Assembly: GCA_043228905.1 (NCBI GenBank)
Contig: JBHGNT010000004.1
Coordinates: forward strand, 14,446,001-14,510,000
Direction: 5' to 3'
Length of the DNA stretch: 64,000 nt
Source of the DNA: Azolla caroliniana
Lineage: Eukaryota > Plantae > Polypodiophyta
The position numbers and the translations under genes were made by a program. Below, piece after piece: positions 13,111 to 23,832 of the stretch. How positions within the stretch are numbered: position 1 is the stretch's first letter; every line of letters begins with the position of its first letter. Under the pieces are notes generated by a model. The model was not told the origin of the DNA. It did no database searches and was given only the letters and a program-made list of their open reading frames with translations.

Positions 13111-16100
13111 CTTTCCGGGATGTAACATCGCCCGCGTAATGGCCACCTGCCGTGCCGCAGTGCGCCTCCCGTAAAACTGCTTCCTTCTCATCCTGACATA
13201 CCCCATGTCGCCAAATGCCGTCACATCCTTTGTGATATAAAACTCCTTCTACGAGGCAGAAGTGACGGCTTCGGATGGCTAGTCGTTTCTTCTCGTCCGT
13301 GCGTAATTGGGGTGGAGGCAGTCCCGTAGTAAAAAAGTACGTCATTTGCATAAGCCACCGGTCCGGAAAGGTCGATTCCGTTCTTTCTGCTAGTGCTGCT
13401 ACCCGCAGGATGTCGGTGTCCGGAAAATCGTTGTCATCTTTCTGTACTGTTTCTCCATTCTCGAGTCTGCTCAAAAAATCCGCCATTGCGTGTTGCGCTC
13501 CTAGTCGGTGTTGGATTATGAAATCGAATTCTTGGAGCAACAACATCCATCGCGCCAATTTCCCCATCAAGGTTTGTTTCTCCACCAAATATAGCAGCGC
13601 CGAATGATCCACGTGGAACGTGAATTTCCTCCCTAGTAAATAATGCCGGAATTTATTGATGTTATAGATCATCCCTAGCGCCTCCCGCTCCGTTGTGGAA
13701 TAGTTACGCTCTGTTGTTGATAATTTACGACTAGCATAGTACACTGGTCGATACCAGTTTGGTTCGGTGAGCTGCATTAGTGCACTTCCTATTGCTATGT
13801 CCGAGGCGTCGACAAACACATAGAATGGCTTCGCCCAAACTAGGGGTTGTACGACGGGGGCCTGTGTGAGCATTATCTTAAGTGCCTCATAGGCCTTATC
13901 CTCCGTTGCAGTCCATTGGAAAGGAGTCCGGTGTACGGCAGCATGTAACGGCGTGGCGAAGTCCGCCAAATATCGTATCATCCGACTGTGCCACCGTATT
14001 TGTCCTAAAAACCGGCTAAGCAATTTAGTGTTTGTCAGAGTTTTGGCTTGTGTAATCGCGATGATCTTGTTCGGATCGACTGCTATTCCCTCCGTGCTGA
14101 CTATATGGCCCAGGAGAGTCCCGCTGGTCACGCCAAAAGCACATTTCGCGGGATTCAGGCTTAAGCGTGCGGTGCGGCAACGTTCCAGGCACAGTTGTAA
14201 GTGCGTAAAATGGTCTATTGTTCTCCCATATACCGCAAAGTCATCTAAAGAAACTTGCATGAATGCCGGAATGTATTCCCCAAATATCTCCGTAATTGTC
14301 CGTTGAAATGTTGCCGGCGTCGTCTTTAGTCTGAACATCATGACGACTGCCACATAGACTCCCTAGTCCGTGACAAATGTCGTCTTTTCTTGGTCTTCGG
14401 GATGCATGCGTACTTGGTTATACCCATTGAAGCCATCTAAAAAACTGTACATCTCATGTCCCACGACGGCGTCTAGTACGCTATCGGTGAATGGTAAAGG
14501 AAATGTGTCTGTAATGGTTACGGCGTTTAATTTTCGGTAATCTACGCATACCTGTATTTTGCCGTTTTTCTTTGGAAGGACCACTATCGGGTTTAACCAT
14601 GTCACTTGTTTAACTGGCCATATGAACCCCGCCTTCAGGAGCTTGTCAATTTCTTCTTTCACGCGGGTCGCATAGTTCGGGTTCATGCGGTAGAGGCGCT
14701 GCTGGACGGGTTTTGCGTCTGTTGCTAAATTGATCTTATGTTGATAGAACTTGGGATCTAACCACTTCATGTCCTCGTGAGCCCAAGCGAACACATCTTT
14801 ATATTTCGTGAGTAGTGCGATCATCGTGTTTCTCTGGTCCGGCCTTAATTCCTTTGCGATGGAGAGGAAACGGGGTTCCGACTCCGCACCCACATTTTCT
14901 TCTTCCAGGGTGGAAGCGGTGACTCGTCGTGAAATCTCCATTTCCCTTTCAAATGCCGCTCGTGCTCTGCTGAGTTCCACTATGGACTCTGGGTTTGGTT
15001 CGTAAGCCTCATCGTGGAGAATAGTGGCCGTGGCATATCTTGTCGCGGTTGCAATGACATCGATTTCGAACAGCGGAATGATCCGTGGGTGCTCATCTAG
15101 ATATGCCTCTAATTCTGCATCCTCCACCCCAGCCAATATATTTATATATTCTACGTATAATGGTGTTATACCCTTGGGTTGTGGCGTGCTTCCTTCTGTA
15201 GGTACGCGAACCTTGGTGCAATCCGTGTTGGAAACTGATACACTTGTGTTGCCAGCTCTGCTTGATATATGCTGCCCGAAGCCATGGTCTGCCCAGAAGC
15301 ACTGGGTATGCCCATGGGGCGTCCAAGGCGAGGACGACCGCCGAGATGTCGAAGCGATGTCCGCCCACGATAATGCCTATTTTGTGAATTAACCCCAATG
15401 GTCGTACTAAGCGGGTATCTGCCATTCGGAGCCAGAATGGGCAAGCCTCCCATTCTAAAATGCCTAACTGCTCGCAAGTTTTTGCGCTAATTACATTGAC
15501 GCCTGAGCCGCCATCGATTACGCATCCAGGATTTTCCTGTCCATGTAATATTAATGTAATAGCCGGGTTGTGTTGATCCACTATCGGCGGTCCGTCGCTA
15601 ACGTCTGTAAGGTTTGTAATGACGCTCACCCCGGGTATGCTTGTCACCCGTTCTTCCATGGTCTGGCGGAAGCGTGGGACTAGCTGCAACAGTTTCTCCA
15701 TGGTTAACGTTATCTCGCAGCCCGCTAATGCCTGCCAAATGGGGTCCAGGACCTGTCCTTCGTCCTCTGCTCGCTCCCTCACGTTCGCGGACTCCTTCCA
15801 CATGCGCTCTACATTGGTCGCGTTTGCTTTTTCCACCCATGCCTGGGCTTGTCATCGTATCTTGTCTTGCGCAGCCCAATAAGCCGTTTTTGTTTGTTGG
15901 CGTGTCATGACTTGCGGCACTTCCGCCGTAATCATATTGACGGCGGGCCCCTTTCCCTTGCGTGTTGGGCATTGCGTGATTCACCCTTCTCAGCTCCTGG
16001 TGGTGTGTGCTGCCCCCCTGGTGCTACTTGCTCCTCGCGGTCCGGCCTTGTTTGTCGGAATGCACGTGGTGGTTGCTATTGGTCCCGTCGTTGTTCCTAG

Positions 16101-17380
16101 TGTCGCTCATCTCCCGAGCTTTCGTCATAACGCCGGTGATCTCGATATTGTCGCGGCTTACCACGATAACCATTGAAGCCGCCCCGTTTGTTTGTTGGTC
16201 GGTGATTCTCGTAGCGCCGGCCCCCTTTAGCATAACTCGGATGTCCACGATAATCCTCGTCATCTAGTTCATCTTCCTTGGAGTCGTTGTGATTTTGGCG
16301 ATTCCAGTGGTGCCGGTCATCCCATGGGTTGCGATCCACATACCGTGGTCGGTCTTCTTGCCTCCTTTGTTCAGTCTGGCATGGTGGACGTTGGGTGTCC
16401 ATGCTGCAGACTACGGGAGTGGCTCTATTCAGCATATTGTATTCGCATTGTTCGACTGTGTGAACCTTTGAGTGGCAGATTGGGCAGTGGATTCGCATAT
16501 TGCACTCCACTGCGGAATGCCCCAAGTTCAAGCAAATCGTGCACTAGATTTCTTGACAAAACTGGCGTTCCTCGTCCTAGGGTAACGCTTGTCGTAAGGA
16601 GGACATAGAAAACCTTTCCTCCTCCTCGTCCAAATCAAGTTGTAACGCTTGTTCAATGACCATATCCGTCGTTTCCCCTTTCACGCTATTGTTGTTGAGC
16701 GTTGCCCAGATGGGTTGACGTAATGCTGCCATAAATGTTTCTCGAGCCTCGTCCTCCGCGGGGCTCCGTTCTAGTTTCCGCCGTAGATTTTGGAAACGTA
16801 AGCTGAAATCTGTGATCGTCTCGGTCGGCAGTTGCTTAATCGTGTAGAACTGTCCGAGGATTTTGCATTGTGGAACCCTCTAATGGAAGAACCACAAGAA
16901 AGCGGACTGCAGCTGATCGAAGGTTGTGATTGCTGGTAAATCCATATGTGAATGCCAAAACGCCGCTCGCCCGTCCAATGTTAACCCGAACTCCGTCATT
17001 TTCGACTGGTGCGCTACCACCTCCGAAAGGCTCTGCGCCATGTGGTTCTCATTCCAGACATTAAGGAACATGCGAATATGGGTTGCGGCGTCGGTTTCAC
17101 CGTTAAAGCGGGGGTAGGCAAAGGCCATGCTGGGGGCTACGGCGGGTCGGGAAAGACCACAGGGTGGCTGTGGTGAGCGTACTCCCCGCATCTCATCGAG
17201 GTATTTGGAGAGCGAAGACTCACCTTTGTAATCATAGCAGGTAGTACTGAGGTCGCTGAGGCGAGGCTTTTGCCATGCGCGTTCTTCTACCTGGCGTGTG
17301 ACGGACCTTGTGATTGGCCGGTCTTGTCGTGTTGGTTCTCTGGGGCATTTGCGGCTAAACATCCATTCGTCATTGCTCAT
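13110..17380 (-). pseudogene. D gag-pol (gag with two CCHC knuckles, protease, RT, RNase H, start of integrase)
   Basis: YPRFNGETDAATHI..LDGRAAFW (gag); NLGHSAVEC..CPICHSKVHTVEQC; VIDGGSGVNVI (PR); CVDYRKLN..FLDGFNGYNQV, SLDDF (RT); FVDASDIAIGSAL, EREALGM (RH); EAHCGTAGGHY, then truncation. Confidence 0.93.
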
Positions 17381-17398
17381 CTGTGAGAAGACACAAAT

Positions 17399-17412
17399 CA
17401 CCAAGCGTGCCA
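17399..17412 (-). promoter_or_regulatory. D primer-binding site (tRNA-Arg-type) TGGCACGCTTGGTG
   Basis: Starts with TGG 4 nt inside the 5' LTR. Resembles the complement of plant tRNA-Arg(UCU) 3' ends (...GUCCCACNNRGCGUGCCA). Confidence 0.8.
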
Positions 17413-17416
17413 AAAG

Positions 17417-17853
17417 TGTTACCGATTAGGAACACGGTTTGCAGTTAGTCCTTCGACCTAGACCTCCAAGTGGTTGTGGAACAACGAATAGGTGTCTATG
17501 CATAATGCGTAGGGGAATGTTCCCTGTAACCTATCAGCGTATAAGGGAGACGGCTACAACCGACTCCTTAGCAATGGTTACACTTACGTTCTTACACGCT
17601 CAGGTATTCCAGACATACAGTAGATTAGCCATAGCTATACACAGACTTTCAGAGAAGATAGAATTCTATTATGATACGTTCTTTTACATTCCAAAATTAC
17701 ACGCTCCCTCTATCAGAGGTTTTCTACCCTTTATATACGCAGGGTCTATTTAGTCGTTCACGCTTCCTGCGTGAACCGTGACATGCGTTATGATCTTATA
17801 TTATTTCTTATTCCTATGCTCTTGTCCGTCGGTTACTATTCCGGCGAACAACA
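17417..17853 (-). repeat. D 5' LTR
   Basis: Direct repeat of 9305-9741, followed on the minus strand by the PBS and gag. Confidence 0.95.
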
Positions 17854-17858
17854 CTTCT

Positions 17859-18844
17859 TGGCCTATGGGGACAGTTGATTGCGATATGCCCTGATCCACC
17901 GCAATAAAGACATAATCGATTTGCACATGTCATTGCTTTTCTTCTTCTGATAACGGGCCACGTTGACGCATGGTGTCGATCTCCATCAGTGTCGGAGTAT
18001 TTGCTTGAGATATGTCTCGTGCAAACGGTTTAGCCACGACTAAGGCATATGTGGGCTCCGGCCTAGGGCGTGGTATTTGTAATTGACGTTCCGAATGCCA
18101 TTCGAAAAGGCAGTTGTCGCAACGAACCGCTCGACTGATCGCCTCTATAAGACACTTTGGTTCTTCGAGGAAGGTTAGAAGTAGATCTTTGACATCGTTT
18201 TGCAGGTCGTAGCGAAACTGCTCCATTAGTGCTTGATCATCCCAAGGGATATCTGAGGCGAGTAGATGGAAATCTGCCATGTAGGCAAAGGCTGGACGAT
18301 CGCCTTAAAGCAATCGTCGGATTTTGTTGATCGTCTTCCTAATGTTGTCTATATCTCCAAAGCAAGCTTTAAACTCACCAATAAAGTCTTCAAAGTTATT
18401 AGGTAAGGGCGATTGTTTTTCAAGAAGCGGAGCAAACCATGCCAAGGCTGAGCCACTAAGCAACGTGCCTATTAGGCCGACTCGGGATGCATAAGTGGGG
18501 TATTGAGAAGGATGCATTTGAATGACTAAGCGTACCTGATTGAGGAATCCCCTAAATTGCGATCGTGTTCCATCAAATTTCACAGGAAGTCAAATCTTGG
18601 GCTCTTTATGAAATCCTTGGGGACTTGAACCTTGTTGTTGCAACGCTACTTCGAGTTGTTGCACACGTAACGCTAACTCCCCATGTTGTTGTTGTTGTTG
18701 TTGTGTTTGTTGTTTTTCTAGGGCGATTTGTTGAAGATCCCCTAACAACCGTAGGTTTTCTTGTTCCAATGCAACAAATTTTTCTTTTAGACACTGTAGC
18801 TCGAAGAAAACGGATTGGTATTCTTGGGCGCTAACAGAAGCCAT
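17859..18844 (-). pseudogene. C1 gag (Tf1/PEG10-like) with CCHC knuckle
   Basis: KFDGTRSQFRGFLNQVRL...LSGSALAWFAPLLEK, WDDQALMEQFRYDL, CLYCGGSGHIAINC. Confidence 0.9.
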
Positions 18845-18912
18845 TGTATAGAAAAAGGATAAGAGGATGAGGGAAACCAAAAGAAAGACTAGAGAGGAAA
18901 ATTGGTTCAAAC

Positions 18913-19369
18913 TGTCAGGAATAGTACTAAAACAGAGAGAGAATTAGTACTGGAAAAGGGAAGTACTATTAGTACTAAGAGGACGAGACTGCGTAAGACT
19001 CCCGAGAGAGGAAGAGAGAAGAGGAGAGAGAGAGATAGCGAGGACGAGAGAGAGAGAGAGAGAGAGATAGAGATGATGATAACAGAGGATATATTATGTG
19101 AAGAGTAAGTACAAAAGGGATATGAGGCTTAAGACTGGCGTTGAACCAATTTGGTTCAAAATAATGCCTAGTGCCTTCTTTTATAGTGTTCTCAGGAGTA
19201 ATCTTGAAGCTTCTAGAATGTTCCAGGGAAATCTAGAATATACATTAATTTCCTATAATAAAACTTAAATGAAAATAATATCCTACGTATTACAATAGAT
19301 GGTATAATGGTCAAGAGCTCGACCCATATAACATAAGGTCATGGGTTTGAGTCTTGCCATATCATGACA
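18913..19369 (-). repeat. C1 5' LTR
   Basis: TGTCATGAT...TGACA on the minus strand; TATAAAA at 19185-19179. Confidence 0.95.
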
Positions 19370-19374
19370 ATACC

Positions 19375-21355
19375 TCGACTCCAACCCCGCTCGACGCGGA
19401 TGACACTGAAATAGAAATAGAAGTTGGGGATCGGCCCTCACAGATGTTAGAAGACATCCCAATTTCAACACAGCTGAGTGGGCCATCAGAGCCGGCGAGC
19501 GATGAAAGCACATCTCGGTCGAGTCCGAAGCTAGACAAACGGAAGGCGAAAATGTGGGAATATGAAGATCAAGAAGAGACCGAGATGCTTCACTCTCTTT
19601 ACAATGAATTTGAAGATCTCAACATCTGCATAGATGGAGCGAAGACAGCTACGCTGATCCACACGTGACAAGAACCCCGTAAACCGCTACAGCCATGACG
19701 AGTACATGGCGTATCATTACGCCTTTATGATGAAGGTAGCAACAGTACGGGAGCTAGAAACGCTTTCCGAAGCCGTAAATGATCCGCGATGGGTCAACGT
19801 GATGCATGAGGAAATGGAAGCACTATGCAAAAACGAGACATGGGATCTCGTACCTCACCCGCCGAACAAGAAAGCGATTGGTTGCAGATGGATATACAAA
19901 GTAAAATACAATGCCGACGGATCCGTAAATCGCTTCAAAGCACGGCTCGTTGCGAAAGGCTACGCGCAAACGCACAGCATAGACTACGAAGAAACCTTTG
20001 CCCCGGTGGGAAAGATGACAACTGTACGAACAGTAATTGCACTCGCCGCATCGAAGGGATGGCACCTCCACCAAATGGACGTGAAAAATGCTTTCCTCCA
20101 AGGACAGTTAGAAGAAGAGGTGTACATGATACAACCACCCGGATTCGAATCGCGTAAGCATCCGCACGCCGTATGCCAACTCAAGAAGCCACTCTACGGC
20201 CTCAAACAAGCACCGCGTGCTTGGCACTCGAAGATCACGCAGTATCTTCACCAAGTCGGATTTCGGATGTCAAAATCCGACACCTCTCTGTACATTCAAA
20301 ACGAGTCGGATAGCCTGATCATCATCATCCTATACGTGGATGATTTGGTCATCGGAGGAAAGGATCTCGCCGAGATTAACAAAGTCAAATCGCTTCTTTC
20401 TGGCAAATTCGAAATGAAAGACGTACACGAGCTCTATTACTTCCTAGGTATTGAAGTAATTCGGACACAAGTCGGAATAATAATCTCTCAATGGCACTAC
20501 ATTCTCAACTTACTCTACAAGTTCGGAATGACTGAGTGCAAGCCTGTGTCCACCCCTCTTGATCGTAATCTCAAGATTGATGCCAGTTCCGGAACCACTA
20601 AGAGTGAGCCAACTCAGTATCGACAACTGATCGATAGTTTGATCTATCTGACCATTACGCGACCCAACCTCAGTTACTCGGTCGGCCTACTTAGCCAGTT
20701 TATGTAGAATCCACGAAATCTTCATCTGGACTGCGCTAAGAGGATACTTCGGTATGTCGGTACGACAATGGACTACGGCATTATGTACAAGACGAATGTG
20801 ATCATTCGACTCGAAGAGTACACAGACGCAGACTGGGCAAGATATAAAGCGGACAGGCGATCCACATCCAGATTCGTCTTCTCTCTTGGTAGTGGAGCGC
20901 TCTCCTGGAGTAGTAAGAAGCAGCCGACAGTCTCACTGTCGAGCACAGAAGCCAAATACAGGGGCGCAATAGTCGCCGCATGCGAAGCCATCTAGCTCAA
21001 ACACGTACTAAAGGATCTAAGCATACCCATCAAGGATCCAATTCGCCTCTACTGCGACAACATGAGCAGTATCTACCTAGCGTGGAATCCTGTATTCCAC
21101 GTGCGGACTAAGCATCTCGAAGTCCAGTACCACTTCATCCGCGAGCGCATACGGGCCGAAGAGCTCGACCTACAACACATCAGTACGCACCTCCAGGTTG
21201 CTGATATTTTTACAAAAGCTCTAGGCGTCTACAAGCTTGGGCAATTTGCATCGGACCTTGGTCTCACGACATCTACATTGTCGTGCTTGAGGGGGAGTAC
21301 GCATACGCAGCACAGACAACATATGCAACACACAAAAAAAAGTGTAAAGCAATAA
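19375..21355 (+). pseudogene. B1 reverse transcriptase and RNase H
   Basis: ORF 19706-20707 with KARLVAKGYAQ, QMDVKNAFLQG, LYVDDL; RNaseH YTDADWA, SSTEAKY, RTKHLEVQYHFIRE. Confidence 0.95.
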
Positions 21356-21438
21356 AGCCAGAATCTGACTCCTTAAATCGAAGTACCCCGAAGACCGAAA
21401 CAACTTTTTGACAAATGGAAGTTGCGTTCGAAGGGGAG

Positions 21439-21726
21439 TGTTGAGAGTCAAACTCAACTTCCCATAGATAGGTTTCACACTAGCTCATGGACATGTTGGC
21501 CTAGTTTTGTAAATAGTAGAAAGGGCACTTGCCCTAGCTTAGTTGGTATATAAACCAACGCATTGTAACTTAGTGATTGTTGGATGTTTTATGCTTTGAT
21601 GTAATTTTGGTTAATATACCGTTTGTCTCTCACTCTCTCTCTATCTATCTATCTTGAGACACACACTCACTCACTCACTCATCTTCCGTTGCATTACAAC
21701 CACTCTTGTCTCCTCTTTTCTTCACA
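21439..21726 (+). repeat. B1 3' LTR
   Basis: Direct repeat of 3134-3435, preceded by PPT, followed by TSD AGAAG. Confidence 0.95.
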
Positions 21727-22129
21727 AGAAGAAACCAATAGGAATAGAATTGTGTAAATGTATTATTCTCTCAAAGTTACAATGGCACACTATACAAAAT
21801 GAACAACCTCTGAAACTACATTACAAGAGTCGGTTTAAATACCAACTAATTTGGGCAATTGCCCTTTTCACTATTTACATAAATAGCCTAAAACCTAGTA
21901 TGTCCAAATAGGACAGTGTGAATACATCAATTATTTCCCATATTCGAAACTCCCCCGTAATGGGTGTATACAACAAAAAATCTATAATCAAGAGAATAAA
22001 CAAAAAATATAGATTTATACAAAGGGTTGTCGAACAAATCAACTTTTGTCCAAAACCATCCTAAATGTCCGACTCAATCAGACTTATTCTTCGTTACGCC
22101 CATCTGGTGCCGAAGGGATCAAAATCGAT

Positions 22130-23832
22130 CCGCCGGAAGACACTCGGTCATCCCATTTGCAACATTATCAGCTATAGGTATCTTCCCAAGGCCGATTCTC
22201 CCCGAAATGATGCAGTCCTGAACGAAGTTATATATCACGTCAATGATCTTCGAGGTGTTGTGCTAAACCGGATTTCTCAACAGAGCGACAACACCTTGAC
22301 TGCCACTATAGAAAACTGGAGCCAAGTTGGAGTCAACTTGTCGAAACGTGTGCACTAGCCGACCAAGCCATAAGGCTTCTTTTGCCGCATATTCGGCCTC
22401 GGCTGTTGACGTAGCACTGTACTCCTGAAGTTTCAACTTCCATGAGATTGCTCCATTGCCGAATTTTAAGTAGTATCCGGTTGTCGATTTTCGACTGTCC
22501 ACACAACCGGCAAAGTTTGAGTTGGTATAATCAACTACACCTGAAGTATTGTTCGGGCCGAATAGTATGCCATAGTCTTTTGTGCCCATGAGGTATCTAA
22601 ACACATGCTTTACTGCGTTCCAATGCGATCGACCGGGATTGTGCATAAATCTGATGACGACTCCTACGACATGAGCAATGTCAAGCCATTTCGCGATCAT
22701 CTCGTACATCAAGGAGGCAACTGTCGGTGCATACAGTACCGACTTCATATCTACCGAAGACTAATTGGGAGCAAGGTCGAAGTAGATTTGGCCAATTGCA
22801 TGTTGAAGCATTCAAAGATACATCCAATATAGTCAGTCGGCTTGAGACAGGATCAATTGTCTTCGCTTCTAAAGCCCCCTTATCTTCATCCCCAGAATGT
22901 GTCTCGTCGAACCAAGGTCCTTCATGATGAACTTCAATTATAGTTGTTGAATGAGTTCGGCGAACTCTCCAGCATGTCGGGCGAAGAGTAGCATGTCGTC
23001 CACGTAAATGATGAGGAAGATGGGTGACCCTAGCTCGAGTTGTTTTAGTGAAGAGGCAGTGGTCCTCATCACTCTTGGAGAAGCCGGCCGATTGGATGAA
23101 GTTGTCGAACTTCTTGTACCACTGTTTGGGTGCTTGATTCAAGCTGTATAGACTCTTCTTGAGTCGGTAGACTAGATGTTTCTGGCTGGATACCATGAAG
23201 CCTTTTGGCTACTCCATATAAATTTCCTCCTCTAGGTCACCATTGAGGAATGTCGTTTTTACATCTAGGTAAATCAACTCCAAATTCTTGGTTGCCATGA
23301 CACCGAGCATAAAGCGTAGGGTTGTCATTTTCACTACTAGTGAAAAGATTTCGTCGAAGTTGACGCCGTATTCTTGTCGAAACCCTTTCGCGACCAATCT
23401 GGTCTTGAATTTGGAGGTGGCTGAATTAGACGTCTCTTTCAATCTATAGACTCACTTGCACGGAAGAGCACGTCAATTTTTCGGTAGGTCGGCTAGGTCC
23501 CAAGTCTGATTTTGATGATGGGAATTCATCTTTGACTCCATCGCCAAATGCCATGTCGCCGAATCAATTGATGTTGATGCGTCTTTGAATGATGTCAGTT
23601 TGTCGACGTCTGTGAAGAAGATTCCAGGAGAGTACTCCTCCAAAGGCTGCGACAGTCTTTCAGATCTCCTTGGTATGACTGGACGTGCCTGATCGGGTGT
23701 CTGGGTCGGACTATCCGAAGCAAAAATATTCGGCAGTGCCGAATCGGTTGGAGTAGAATCGATGTTAGAGGATTCGACCACCCGTGAAGCCAACCTTGTG
23801 TTATAGGCCAGACCTTCATGAAGGGCTGGCAC
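22130..23832 (-). pseudogene. Copia A reverse transcriptase/RNase H remnant
   Basis: Motifs FKTRLVAKGFRQEYGVNFDEIFS, LDVKTTFLNGDLEEEIYME, RLKKSLYSLNQAPKQWYKKFD, RKSTTGY..GNGAISWK, STAEAEY; frameshifts and stops. Confidence 0.9.

Larger units (their letters stand above)
9305..17853 (-). mobile_element. Non-chromovirus Ty3/gypsy element D (Athila/Tat-related-like), integrase-deleted, with long extra 3' ORF
   Basis: Two 437-bp direct LTRs 9305-9741 and 17417-17853 (TGTT...AACA), TSD CTTCT (9300-9304 / 17854-17858), minus-strand TATATAAAG in the LTR, gag-PR-RT-RH on the minus strand. Lineage call is from recalled RT motif similarity only. Confidence 0.93.
5129..19369 (-). mobile_element. Ty3/gypsy chromovirus C1 (Tcn1/Tf1-sushi-like)
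   Basis: LTRs 5129-5587 (7-bp terminal deletion) and 18913-19369, TSD ATACC (5124-5128 / 19370-19374), minus-strand PPT AAGGGGGAGA 5588-5597, gag-PR-RT-RH-INT-chromodomain order. Confidence 0.95.
3134..21726 (+). mobile_element. Ty1/copia LTR retrotransposon B1
   Basis: TG...CA LTRs 3134-3435 and 21439-21726, 5-bp TSD AGAAG (3129-3133 / 21727-21731), PBS TGGTATCAGAGC, PPT GAAGGGGAG 21430-21438, gag-int-RT-RH order. Confidence 0.95.

Noticed and set aside
21287-21300. Second PPT or extra LTR start in B1 (TTGAGGGGGAG)
   Set aside because: Not followed by LTR sequence; it is the usual LRG-coding end of copia pol, and the real LTR starts at 21439.
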